Shown: positions 11,230 to 41,822 of the stretch, piece by piece
How the letters are laid out: every line of letters starts with the position of its first letter
Position numbering within the stretch: the first letter of the stretch is position 1
From: Zygnema circumcarinatum SAG 698-1b
Taxonomy: Eukaryota; Plantae; Zygnematophyceae
Length of the DNA: 64,000 nucleotides
Reading direction: 5' to 3'
NCBI GenBank assembly: GCA_037447605.1
Contig: CM074823.1
Location: 682,001 to 746,000, forward strand
Position numbers and translations under genes: made by a program
The notes under the pieces: generated by a model
What the model was told of the DNA's origin: nothing
Seen by the model: the letters and a program-made list of their open reading frames with translations, nothing else
Database searches by the model: none

Positions 11230-11748
11230 AGAGAGTGCGAGAGAGAGAGAGAGAGCGATGGAAAAATAACAGACAGGGAGGAGGGAGGGAAAGAAGGGGT
11301 GTCGAAGAAAGAAACATCAACAAAAATCACCTGAACTTATCATCTCCCTGCCAACCCTAAAACCATGAGTTACCCTCCATACCCCTACCAGCTCCCTCCA
11401 GAACCCTAAAGCCCTGACAGCAACCCTAAACCCTGACCTGCATTGCTCCGCTACAGCGCGCCAAAATCGCCGCGAGGAGGCCCACCGGGCCGCTCCCCTG
11501 CACCACCACGCGGTCCATGAGCCGTACGCCGGAACGGTCAACGGCATGGAGCGCCGTCGGTAAACTGCGCACAGGGAACCGTTGCAGACTACGGCGAGAT
11601 CAGGGAGGGAGGGAGGGAGGGAGGGAGGGAGCACATGTGCTGGAGGAGGGAGTTGAGGAGAGAAGAGAGGAAACAGAGATAGGGGGGAAGGGAGAAGGAT
11701 GGGGAGGGGAGAAACAAGAAACTAAGGAGGGAATTGGGGACATTGGGG

Positions 11749-11844
<96 letters not shown>

Positions 11845-12159
11845 AGAGAGAGAAAGAGTGAGAGAGCGAGAGAGAGAGAGAGAGGCATCATGATGTGACA
11901 AGCAGGTTCCTCTAGAAGGAAGTAAAGATAAGAAGTTAGGTATGGAAGGCATGAAATTTGAGATCTCTACGCACCCGCAGCCGCCTGCCATGAAGACTTT
12001 TGGAGGAAGTTTTGCGGGCAGGTGAATATTTTTTGTGTTTGGGGGCAGGTATATGTGCGTAGACCACCCTCCCAGAAGTTTCCTTATGTTGACCGAACTG
12101 GCCGGGCAGGTGATTCCCAAAATTCGCCGGTTTGGGCACCTCGTGCTCTGCTTGTCCAC
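10631..12159 (-). pseudogene. Internal fragment (4 exons) of a zinc-dependent MDR dehydrogenase, TM0436/CamD (5-exo-hydroxycamphor dehydrogenase)-like
   Basis: Exons 12159-11975 (STRCPNRRILGIT..LLGGWSTHIYL..GGCG), 11564-11438 (LPTALHAVDRSG..VVVQGSGPVG, the Rossmann glycine motif), 11152-11071 (VIVIGAPQHRLE) and 10875-10631 (ADVVIEATGVPAAVTEG..GGTYVVVGQYTD..GCWGSDF). The frame is intact, but I found neither the catalytic-Zn N-terminal exons nor the C-terminal exon. Confidence 0.75.
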
Positions 12160-13122
12160 CTTTTGAGTGTACACATACAAAGCATTGGAATTTTCCGCTC
12201 AATATACTTTCAATTTAACACCTTCAATTCCCAAAAAGACATTAAAAACGACATATAACAATCTACCAGAATTAGGCCCCCCCCCCCCCCCAAAAAAAAA
12301 CCCGACCAAGAGAATGCAACTTTAGAAATAGGAACCCCTGAAACCCTATGCGCGCTCTGAATAGCGCCATGGCGGTTCTCCAACCCTTGTAAGAGGCGAG
12401 GGGGAACAAACAGGCTCTGAGAGGCGGAGCGGACGAGGGAGGGAGGGAGAAGGGGAGCGGTGGATCCAGAGATCATCCGCTCGGTAGATCAGGCAAAACC
12501 CGGAAATCGCGGAGAATCTAACTATATGGACTCGGAGATCTGATTGTCTGAGTCGGATCCGTTGAGAGCACGTGGGACGTGACGCCCAATTAGGGATTGC
12601 CACGTCGACCAAGATGCACACGTGGCAGCCTGGGCCTTCCGTTGATCTTGTGGTCGAACAGTAGAACGTGGGCACATGGTTCATGATGTTGTGCATGGAT
12701 GATGGGTACAACATTTCGGGCCTAAAGAGAGCTTGCATTCGCTCTTCCTTCAAACAAATCAATCCTTGCAACAAATCAAAAAACAGTCATAGTCACAACA
12801 ACACAGTAAGAAAAAAGCCAGGCAATTGAGAGAGTTTAATGTTAAAAAACAATTTCAAATATTTCCCTATTGGGTATAAGTTAAGGAGCCTAAGGAGAAC
12901 ACCAGAGTCCCCATGTACTGTAAACCCTTCTGCACTTCAGTCAGCCTCCTGGTGGTGGCTACATGTGCTTCCACTGAGCTCTAGTTTCCGAACAAAAACT
13001 GAAGAGCCCAGAAGGGCATGTCACTGGGCCTGTTTGCTCAGAGTTAGGAGCACCAGGAACTGGCTTTGTCGCATCATCTTGATGGCTTGGGAGGTGGGAG
13101 GACCCTCAATTGGACCAGACCC

Positions 13123-13385
13123 TCAGACCTTGACCAGCGCCAAACCAAATCCGCGAGCCCGTCGGGCCAATTCCGCGTTGTACGGCAGGCCTTTTCGCCA
13201 AAAGTGGACGTTCGACAGGCTCGGTCTCCGAGCCTGTATCTCATTTTTGTGACCTTTTTCGAAGTACGGACGGGACAGAGGTTCGGGGGAAGCCGCGGTT
13301 TCCGAGCCGAATTCTGCAATCGAAATCAATACCTTTCCGCCGGAATCGGAATCTTTCAATTCCGCGGGCGATGGTCAAGGTCTGA
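13123..13385. mobile_element. MITE-like element (~263 bp)
   Basis: 18-bp terminal inverted repeat TCAGACCTTGACCAGCGC / GCGATGGTCAAGGTCTGA with one mismatch around a GC-rich interior. No TSD recognised. Confidence 0.6.
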
Positions 13386-14139
13386 CTCCCCCTATTGAAA
13401 ACTCCGACGGAAGGGAGCCCTCCGCCAGTATCAGCAGCAACTGCATTTGCGGAAAATCAATGCCTTCCCTTCTCGCCTCCATACACGCATCGACAAAATC
13501 CTCCATCGCAAGCTGCAGCAAAAAGATATTTCAAACGGCTCAAGCGAAAAATCAATGGCCATTAAGCCTGCCTTTTGGTCCTCAAAGACCCAACAAGGTC
13601 ATTGCAGCCCGAGAATAGTTGCGCAGACTTACTGCTGTAAATGTGACTGCTCCAAGCTATTCGGGTTCCGGGATATGAGGATCTTCTTTGAACTTTGGAT
13701 CAACATGTCATGATTTTAATGAACGCTTAAGAAGGCATTTGACCGATGGTTCATTAAGAATTTTTTGCGGCAAAACCTCTGGTTACGGATACGCACTATC
13801 TTTGTTCATTCAAAGGCTTTTCTTAATGAGAAGGAGGAGGCATCACCTCAAATGGCTTTCCCTCGTGCTGATTCGCTGCGCCGACATCCTGACGCCACGC
13901 CTTGTCATTTCTGACTCCCCGTGGTACTTCACAACGCATACATCTCCGAAGTCTGCACGGTTGCTTAAGAGCACACCACACCCACACAAACTAAGTACCA
14001 AACAATGCTAGTGATTAGCTATCGTACATCAACACCCCATGCTGACTTCGTCCATGTTCATTTGATGGCCTCACCATCCTGAGACCAATGCAAATCCCCT
14101 TTTCTATTGTTGCACAATGTTGGAAGTCAGTAGTGAAAA

Positions 14140-14370
14140 GGAAAAAACAAGGGGGTGCGATATCCAAAATAAGGGGGGTGAAATATCCAAAACAGGGGGC
14201 GAGATAACCAAATTGGGAGGGCAAAATCTTCAAAAAGGGGAGTGGGATATCCAAAACAAGGGGGATGAAATATCCAAATCAGGGGGGGGGAGGGGGTAAA
14301 AATAGGAGGGCAAGATTTTCAAAAAGGGGGGATGGGATATCCAGAATGGGGGGTGCAGTATCATTCTCCC
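14140..14370. repeat. Dispersed repeat family B, copy 1: ~21-bp GGGG..ATATCCAAAA subrepeats ending in GGTGCAGTATCATTCTCC (probable DNA-transposon end)
   Basis: A second copy at ~62086-62204 has the same subrepeats and the same 18-nt end, in the same orientation. Confidence 0.7.
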
Positions 14371-14799
14371 TAAAGTAAGGATGAAATGTTCTCATTACTT
14401 CACACCAAGTGTTGTACATGAAGGCGTGAGCCACAACCGTAACCATCCAACTCCCGCCCACAACGTCACGTCACGCCCGAGCGAGCGAGCGAGAGAGCCG
14501 GCGGGCGGCGGCTGCAGCGCGCCGCGCGGTGGAATGTCGCGCTACACGACAACATTTTCGGCGGTTCCCGCTCGCTTTTCCGCCGATTTGGCTTCGGTTC
14601 GGAGTTCCGAAAAACGCGTTTTGGAGGTTGCGGAAAATTCTCCGCTCTTTGCGGTTGACCACGCGCGAGCAGCGTCGCAATATCGGAATATATCTGGATA
14701 TCAAATATCGCGATATTATCTCCAGTAGCGTATCGCAAATATGTAACTGTATTCTCGCAACGGCTCTCCCGCGCTTTTTCCGCCGCGCCTCGCGGACTT

Positions 14800-15052
14800 G
14801 GGATTCAGGGACATTAGGGTTCAGGGAAATTAGGGTTCAGAGAAATTAGGGTTCAGGGATATTAGGGTTCAGGGCCGGGGTGTAAGGGCCCTTCCCAGCA
14901 AGGTTCAGAGCTGCTTCGCAGTCGTAGTCTTAGGGTTGCAGGCGTCAGGGCTTCGGAGTTACGCAGTTAGGGTTTGTAGGGTTCAGGGTTCAGAGTTCTT
15001 CAAATTTAGTCGTTGAAGGGTTTGGAATATTAGGGACTAGGGTTCAGGGTTT
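14800..15052 (+). repeat. Degenerate telomere-like/telo-box repeats (TTAGGGTTCAG) upstream of the SecA start
   Basis: Repeated ATTAGGGTTCAG(G) and TAGGGTTT motifs. Confidence 0.6.
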
Positions 15053-15069
15053 TATTGTTAAAAACCTCG

Positions 15070-34851
<19,782 letters not shown>

Positions 34852-35870
34852 GACCGATCGTACCCCATTTGTACCCCATTCTTTTTTCCATTAGTGAAAC
34901 CACCCCCCTCTCCCCTCGCGCTAACCTTTTCCTTCATATTTTTCCTTATTTGTCGTCGTGTTTGGATGGGAGGGAGTGATGAGTGAGATTGAGTCTGCCA
35001 TCCCAAAATCTCAATGTCCCAATGACCGTACAGTGTTTGTATCGTTGGTAATGTCGGTACAAGTAATTTCATAATCTCATCGGAGGAGAGATTTAACAAC
35101 TCATTAGAGAATCCTGTGAAGTTCAATGACACCTCTGCTTTACTGCAAACCTTTCCTTCATCATCTCTAAGCTGCTAACCCTAATTTTTATTATAACTCC
35201 AAATATAGCTTACAACAATCGATTTCGAATTGTATTCTTTCCTCCGCACAGAAAAAGGATCACAATGGGGCGTGCCAGGCTTTGACGTTTCTTGAAGATT
35301 TACTATTCAAAACTGACACATATTTTCCGACAACCTATGAATTACCCTCCTGAATTTTGAAATAGATCTAAGCTTGTCACGCCCTACTATCTGCTGTCTT
35401 CGACACTGCGAAAAAAGGAAAAATAACATGGAGCCCTAATTTCAGACTTCCTCTATTTTGCTGTAGTGAAATCACCATCGTCGAGAAGACTCATCCAAGA
35501 AGCACTCTTTTAAAAAATAACAAAAGGAAAATTCGCACCAAAGGAAATGATTGGAAAATGGAAAGTCAATTTCTAAATCTCCTTAAAAATCTTAAGGCGG
35601 TAAATATACAATTTCGGCCTTCCTCTCAAAAATACAAACAAAAATTTACAGCTCAGCGCCGTTGAAGTGACTATGTTACGCCAACATCGCTAATTCCTAC
35701 AAATGTACATTCTTCCAACTCCACTCCCCTCTCCTTCCCCCTCTCTCCCCTTTCACCTCCCTCCAACTCCCATTCCCAATTCCACTCTCCCTCCCTCCCA
35801 CCCTCTCCCTCTCCCTCTCCCTCTCCCTCTCCCTCTCCCTCCCTCATTCCCTTGCCCCCTCTCTTTCCTG

Positions 35871-37654
35871 TCACCTCCCTCCCACTCCCACTCCTACTCC
35901 CAATTCCACTCTCCCTCCCATCCTCTCCCTCTCCCTCCCCCACTCCCTCCCCCTCTCCCTCCTCTTCTCCTCCCACCACCTCCCGTAGTCTCCCGTCAAC
36001 CCCCTCAGCAGCGCTCCCTGCATTGCCGCCAAAATTCCGTCGAGAATTGCATCCCCCGCCGCCTCTACCGCGGGCCCCGGCAAAAAGTTGAAGGGCGAGG
36101 GAAGGTCAACGCGGACCCGCAAGTCAACGGCGCCCTCCAAAGAGCAGGTCTCTCCGGGGGTCCACGTTCCATGTGGCCGTCGAGCGTTCAGTTTTCCGTC
36201 AAGGAGGAGATCGAGAGGGATATCCTGCCACGTGGCAGGAAGGCCCGCCATGTCGAGACGAATATCGCGGGAAAAGATGCGGAGAGCTCCGTCCTCTTGC
36301 CAGGCCCTGTGGGGGGGGGGACAAACATGCAATTAAAATTAAAATTTAAATTGGTTCTTAAGGAATAGAATTGTGAGACAGTTACTTCGGAGTTCAATTG
36401 GCGTTGGGGTTTCGTTTGAGGGATTGTGAAAGGGGTTTTTTAATTTTGAAGTGATAATTTTCCTTGTCTTTCCCTTGACTGAATGGCAGCTGTTTCGATA
36501 GAGAGTGAGAAAGGGAGGGGGGGAAGGGAGAGAAGGAGGAGGTGAGGGAGGAAGGGAGGGAGAGAGACAGAAAGATGGGGGGAGGGATTTAAAAGATAAG
36601 AGAAATGGGGCAGAAGGAGAGGATGAATGTAAAACAGGTGCATGGCGGGGAGAGTGAGGGAAGGGGAGGAAAGGCGTATGCACAGAGAGAATTGTTCAAG
36701 TGACTGCACGAGAGCGTGGGAGGAATGAGAGAGATAGAGAAGAGAGTGTGAGAGAGAGTCGAGAGTCGAGAGTAGAGAGGCAGAGAGAGAGAGAGAGAGC
36801 ACAGAGAAAGAAAGAGAAAGCGAGAGAAAGAAAGAAAGAGAGAGCACACAGAGAGAGAGAGAGAGCAGAGAGAGAGCAGAGAGAGAGAGAGAGGAGTAGT
36901 TCCATTATGTCAATCGCGATTGTATCCTCTATCGACTGCAAGTTATCCTATATCTTCCTTGAATCGACACACGTGGCAATTCACGATTGGCCCATTTAAT
37001 AGTGGACGACTAATCAGAGAAACTGAAGAAGGTGGAGCTGCCACAGCATTAAAATAGAAAGGGGGAAAAGTGGGGCGGGGGGGAGGGAAAAACACCGTGA
37101 ATTAAGAGGATTCAAATTTAAAAGTTCGACTCTAAAATCTGCATTTTACACTGATTGCAATTTTAATGAATAATTAGATCGTCATAATTATGATCTTTTC
37201 CAAAAAAATAGATACTGATCCTGATTTATTTATCTATTTATTTATTTTCTTACATGTAATTCGAGAAAATTTACCGGAGGTCGCAGACCGGCGTGGCCGA
37301 GATCGTAAAAAAAGTGACCGGCCGCAGCCTCACGCGCCACGTGTCGCCCCCCAAGTGGCGGATCCTCCGTGAATCAGGAAACGCCACGCGTACAATCCTT
37401 TCCGTGTCGGCGAAGTAGTCCTCCATCGCGAGCGTGCCCTCACGGCACTTGAGGGCCACCGACTTGCGGGCCTTGAACCCTACCTGCTGGGCGCGCGGGG
37501 CTAAGCCCGCGGGGGGGGAACTGGGAGGAGGGCCCTGAACCCTGGCATGCTGGGGGGGGCGAGGGGGGAGGAAGCTTCCTGGGAAAGCGCGGCGGGGGGG
37601 GAAGGTTCCGAGGAAGGTTCCTCGGGTGAGTGTAGGGGAGGGGGAGGCGAGCAT
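35871..37654 (-). CDS. DUF1997-family (SRPBCC/START-like fold) protein, probably plastid-targeted; 2 exons
   Basis: Exon 1 37654-37275 has a Pro/Ser/Arg-rich transit-like N-terminus then YFADTERIVRVAFPDSRRIRHLGGDTWRVRLRPVTFFTISATPVCDLR. Exon 2 36306-35871 contains LRVRVDLPSPFNFLPGPAVEAAGDAILDGIL..LTGDYGRW. The phase-2 junction is consistent. Confidence 0.8.
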
Positions 37655-38097
37655 GGCTCTGGGGAGAGGGAGGGGGAGAGGGACAGGGAGAGGGGAGGGG
37701 GAGAGGGAGAGGGAGCGGGAGTGGGACAGGGAGAAGGAGAGGGAGAGGGAGAGGAAGGGAGGTGAAGTGGGGTGGGCAAGGGAGCGGAGAGGGAGGGAGA
37801 GGGGAGATGCGATGGGGGGCGGAGGAGAGAGAGCGAGAAAGAGAGGAGAAAGAGAGTGGGGGAGCGAGAGAGAGCCAAGCCTCGGGAGGGGCGGCAGTTC
37901 CTGGCGAAGATGGCGCCACGTGGCGGCCACGCTGGCGGAGCGGGTGGCGCGAGAGAGGGGGGGAATCGGAGGGAGGCTCTCGCCGGAGGCAGGAGCGCCG
38001 TTGGATTGGAAATCGTCCGACAGCTGGATGTGCAGAAGGCGAACCGTTGGATCACAAAAGAAAGAACCGTTGGATACAATGATAGCTTACCGTTAGA

Positions 38098-39137
38098 TTA
38101 AGTGGAGGAGGACCCTAGGATGACGTGAAGGAGAACCGTACGATTAAGTGAAGGATAACCGTAGGATGAAGTGAAGGAGGACCGTAGGATAAAGTGAAGG
38201 AGGACCGTAGGATGAAATGAAGGACGACCGTAGGATGAAATGAAAGACAAGTGAAGAAGAACCGTAGGATGAAGTGCAGGAGGACCGTAGGATGAAGTGA
38301 AGGACGACCGTAGGATGAAGTGAAGGAGGACCCTAGGATGACATGAAGGAGGACCGTAGGATGAAGTGAAGGAGAACCGTAGGATGTCGTGAAGGAGGAC
38401 CGTAGGATGGAGTAAAGGAGGACCGTAAGGTAAAGTGAAGGAGAACCGTAGGATGGAGTGAAGGACGACCGTAGGATGAAGTAAAGGAGGACCGTAAGGT
38501 AAAGTGAAGGAGAACCGTAGGATGAAGTGAAGGAGGACCGTAGGATGAAGTGAAGGAGGACCGTAGATGAAGTAAAGGAGGACCGTAGGATAAAGTGAAG
38601 GAGGACCGTAGGATGAAGTGAAGGAGGACCGTAGATGAAGTAAAGGAGGACCGTAGGATAAAGTGAAGGATAACCGTAGGATGAAGAGAATCAGGACCGT
38701 AGGATAAAGTGAAGGATAACCGTAGGATGAAGAGAATCAGGACCGTAGGATGAAGTGAAGGACGACCGTAGGATGAGGTAAAGGAGGACCGTAAGATAGA
38801 GTGAAAGTGAACCGTAGGATAGAGTGAAGGAGAACCGTAAGATGAAGGGAAGGAGGACCGTAGGATGAAGCAAAGGAGGACCGTAGAATAAAGTGAAGGA
38901 CGACCGTAAGTTGAAGTGAAGGAGGACCGTAGGATGAAGGGAAGGAGGACCGTGAGATGAGGTAAAGGAGGACCGTAGGATGAAGTGAAGGACGACCGTA
39001 GGATGAAGTGAAGGATGACCGTAGGATGAAAAGAAGGACGACCGTAGGATGAAAGTGAAGGACCACCGTAGGATGAAAGTGAAGGACCACCGTAGGATGA
39101 AATGAAGGAGGACCGTAGGATGAAGTGAAGGAGGACG
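38098..39137. repeat. ~23-bp minisatellite GAAGTGAAGGAGGACCGTAGGAT, about 45 copies
   Basis: Head-to-tail units with point variants and no unique spacers. Confidence 0.95.
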
Positions 39138-39394
39138 AGGAGACAGCTAGGAAATAGGTCGGTGCTGAGGCGTAGGGCATTGAATGGCACCTTGGGAGGG
39201 GGAAAATGGCATTGAACTCACACGGCGAGGCCATCAAATGTACACCATGGACAACAACAGCAGCATGGGAGAGCGAGAGAGAGAGGAGAGAGATGTAGGG
39301 AGAACGAGGGAGCGAGGGAGAGGAGAGAGAGGAAGGGAAAGCGAGGGAGAGGAGAGAGAGGGAGGGAGAGCGTGGGAGAGGGAGGGAGCGCGAG

Positions 39395-41822
39395 GGAGGA
39401 GAGAGAGGGGCTAGGATTATCCCTTGCCCACTGCTTCCAATGAATGCATTGGGCGGGCCCAAGTGCCACAAGAGGGACTCTACGACATGTGGAATGGCAC
39501 ATGTATTAATTCTGCAAACATTTGACATGGGGATTTGAGGGTTTTTAGGACACGCCTATATCCCCTTTATACCCAATAACAAGATTCAATGGTTATTACA
39601 CTTTTATTTCATTTTGAACAAACCCCAAAAATCTGCTCCGCAATTGCCCATCCTTCAACTTTTTTTATTTTGGTTTCTTCGCTTAATTCTGCTCACCTGC
39701 AATTTCTGCTTCGACTTCTTCGCAGAAGAAGGGTTTTCCTTTTTTTTTATAGTTTTTGACCGAAAACTGACCCCCCCCTCACCTTGATTTTTCTTCCTCT
39801 TCTTTTTCTTCACTGTTCCAATTTCTCTAATTTCACTCCCATTTTCTGAATCCCCCTTTTTTTCCTCATGCAGATTTTCCAAACCCTCAATTTCTTCCTC
39901 CAAACCAGCCCCTTTCCCAAACTCCGCCTCACTGATGGCCCCCTTTTTTAATTTTTTCAAAAGGCGGTAATCTGAATTTAACTCCTCCAAATCGTCGATT
40001 TTTGAACTTTTTCCCGAACTGCCCGAACTCCGCTTTCGAGCCTCCTCCTTCCTTTCCGAAACTTTTTCATCCCCTGCCCGTTCCCCTGCCTTCTTTCTTT
40101 CCACTGCCTGCGGCTCCTCTAACGCGCGGGCCTTCAACTTTTGCTTCCGCTGCTTCTCTCTCCCTTTGTCCCTGCAAATCCAAATAGCCCAAAAACTCGG
40201 TTTCTCGCGAAAAACCCATCTCCGCAAACAAAAAAACAGTCCCATTGCACTCATTTCCGAAACATATCCCACAGATTCAACGGGTTTTTAACATTTTTAA
40301 ACGGATTTTTAACAGTTTTTGAACGGTTTTTGAACGGTTTTTGAACGGGTTTAACGGTTTTTTTTGCATGGAAGGGAGTCTCCAATTACCGGAAGGGGAT
40401 GGCCTGCAGGTCGATGCCCTCCGCGGGGACGAAGTGAAGGGCGGCGTCCTTTCGGCGGCGGAGCTCGGGCATGGAGGGGAGGTGGAGGAGGCCGAAGGCC
40501 ATGGCCAGACGGCCGAGAGGGAGCTCCTTCCACCTGGGGGAGGGAGAGAGAGAGGGAGGGAGGGATGGAAATGGGAGAGGGAGGGAAAGAAGGGGGGAAA
40601 GAGAGGAGGAGGAGAGAGAGGGGCTAGGATTATCCCTTGCCCACTGCTTCCAATGAATGCATTGGGCGGGCCCAAGTGCCACAAGAGGGACTCTACGACA
40701 TGTGGAATGGCACATGTATTAATTCTGCAAACATTTGACATGGGGATTTGAGGGTTTTTAGGACACGCCTATATCCCCTTTATACCCAATAACAAGATTC
40801 AATGGTTATTACACTTTTATTTCATTTTGAACAAACCCCAAAAATCTGCTCCGCAATTGCCCATCCTTCAACTTTTTTTATTTTGGTTTCTTCGCTTAAT
40901 TCTGCTCACCTGCAATTTCTGCTTCGACTTCTTCGCAGAAGAAGGGTTTTCCTTTTTTTTTATAGTTTTTGACCGAAAACTGACCCCCCCCTCACCTTGA
41001 TTTTTCTTCCTCTTCTTTTTCTTCACTGTTCCAATTTCTCTAATTTCACTCCCATTTTCTGAATCCCCCTTTTTTTCCTCATGCAGATTTTCCAAACCCT
41101 CAATTTCTTCCTCCAAACCAGCCCCTTTCCCAAACTCCGCCTCACTGATGGCCCCCTTTTTTAATTTTTTCAAAAGGCGGTAATCTGAATTTAACTCCTC
41201 CAAATCGTCGATTTTTGAACTTTTTCCCGAACTGCCCGAACTCCGCTTTCGAGCCTCCTCCTTCCTTTCCGAAACTTTTTCATCCCCTGCCCGTTCCCCT
41301 GCCTTCTTTCTTTCCACTGCCTGCGGCTCCTCTAACGCGCGGGCCTTCAACTTTTGCTTCCGCTGCTTCTCTCTCCCTTTGTCCCTGCAAATCCAAATAG
41401 CCCAAAAACTCGGTTTCTCGCGAAAAACCCATCTCCGCAAACAAAAAAACAGTCCCATTGCACTCATTTCCGAAACATATCCCACAGATTCAACGGGTTT
41501 TTAACATTTTTAAACGGATTTTTAACAGTTTTTGAACGGTTTTTGAACGGTTTTTGAACGGGTTTAACGGTTTTTTTTGCATGGAAGGGAGTCTCCAATT
41601 ACCGGAAGGGGATGGCCTGCAGGTCGATGCCCTCCGCGGGGACGAAGTGAAGGGCGGCGTCCTTTCGGCGGCGGAGCTCGGGCATGGAGGGGAGGTGGAG
41701 GAGGCCGAAGGCCATGGCCAGACGGCCGAGAGGGAGCTCCTTCCACCTGGGGGAGGGAGAGAGAGAGGGAGGGAGGGATGGAAATGGGAGAGGGAGGGAA
41801 AGAAGGGGGGAAAGAGAGGAGG
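39395..41822. repeat. Direct tandem duplication, unit 1213 bp, containing the last two helicase exons and 3' flank
   Basis: The ORFs at 39655-40272 and 40868-41485 are identical with an offset of 1213. The junction lies in GA-rich sequence at ~40608. Confidence 0.95.
39655..40533 (-). pseudogene. Duplicate copy of helicase exons 10-11 (40533-40390 and 40171-39655)
   Basis: Matches 41746-41603 and 41384-40868, including splice sites. Confidence 0.75.

Noticed and set aside
12346-12774. ORF with GCHVC as the missing zinc-binding exon of the dehydrogenase
   Set aside because: Cys spacing does not fit CxxCxxC, no GH-E/V motif is present, and no compatible splice to 12159 was found.
7075-14134. 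CACTA transposon ends (CACTAC at ~7075, GTAGTG at ~14129-14134) around the mosaic region
   Set aside because: The match is only 6 bp and the flanking 3-mers (GGC and AAA) are not a TSD.
38098-39137. Regular ~23-bp repeats resembling a CRISPR array or a repeat protein
   Set aside because: Units are head-to-tail with no unique spacers, no cas genes are present, the context is eukaryotic, and the unit length is not a multiple of 3.
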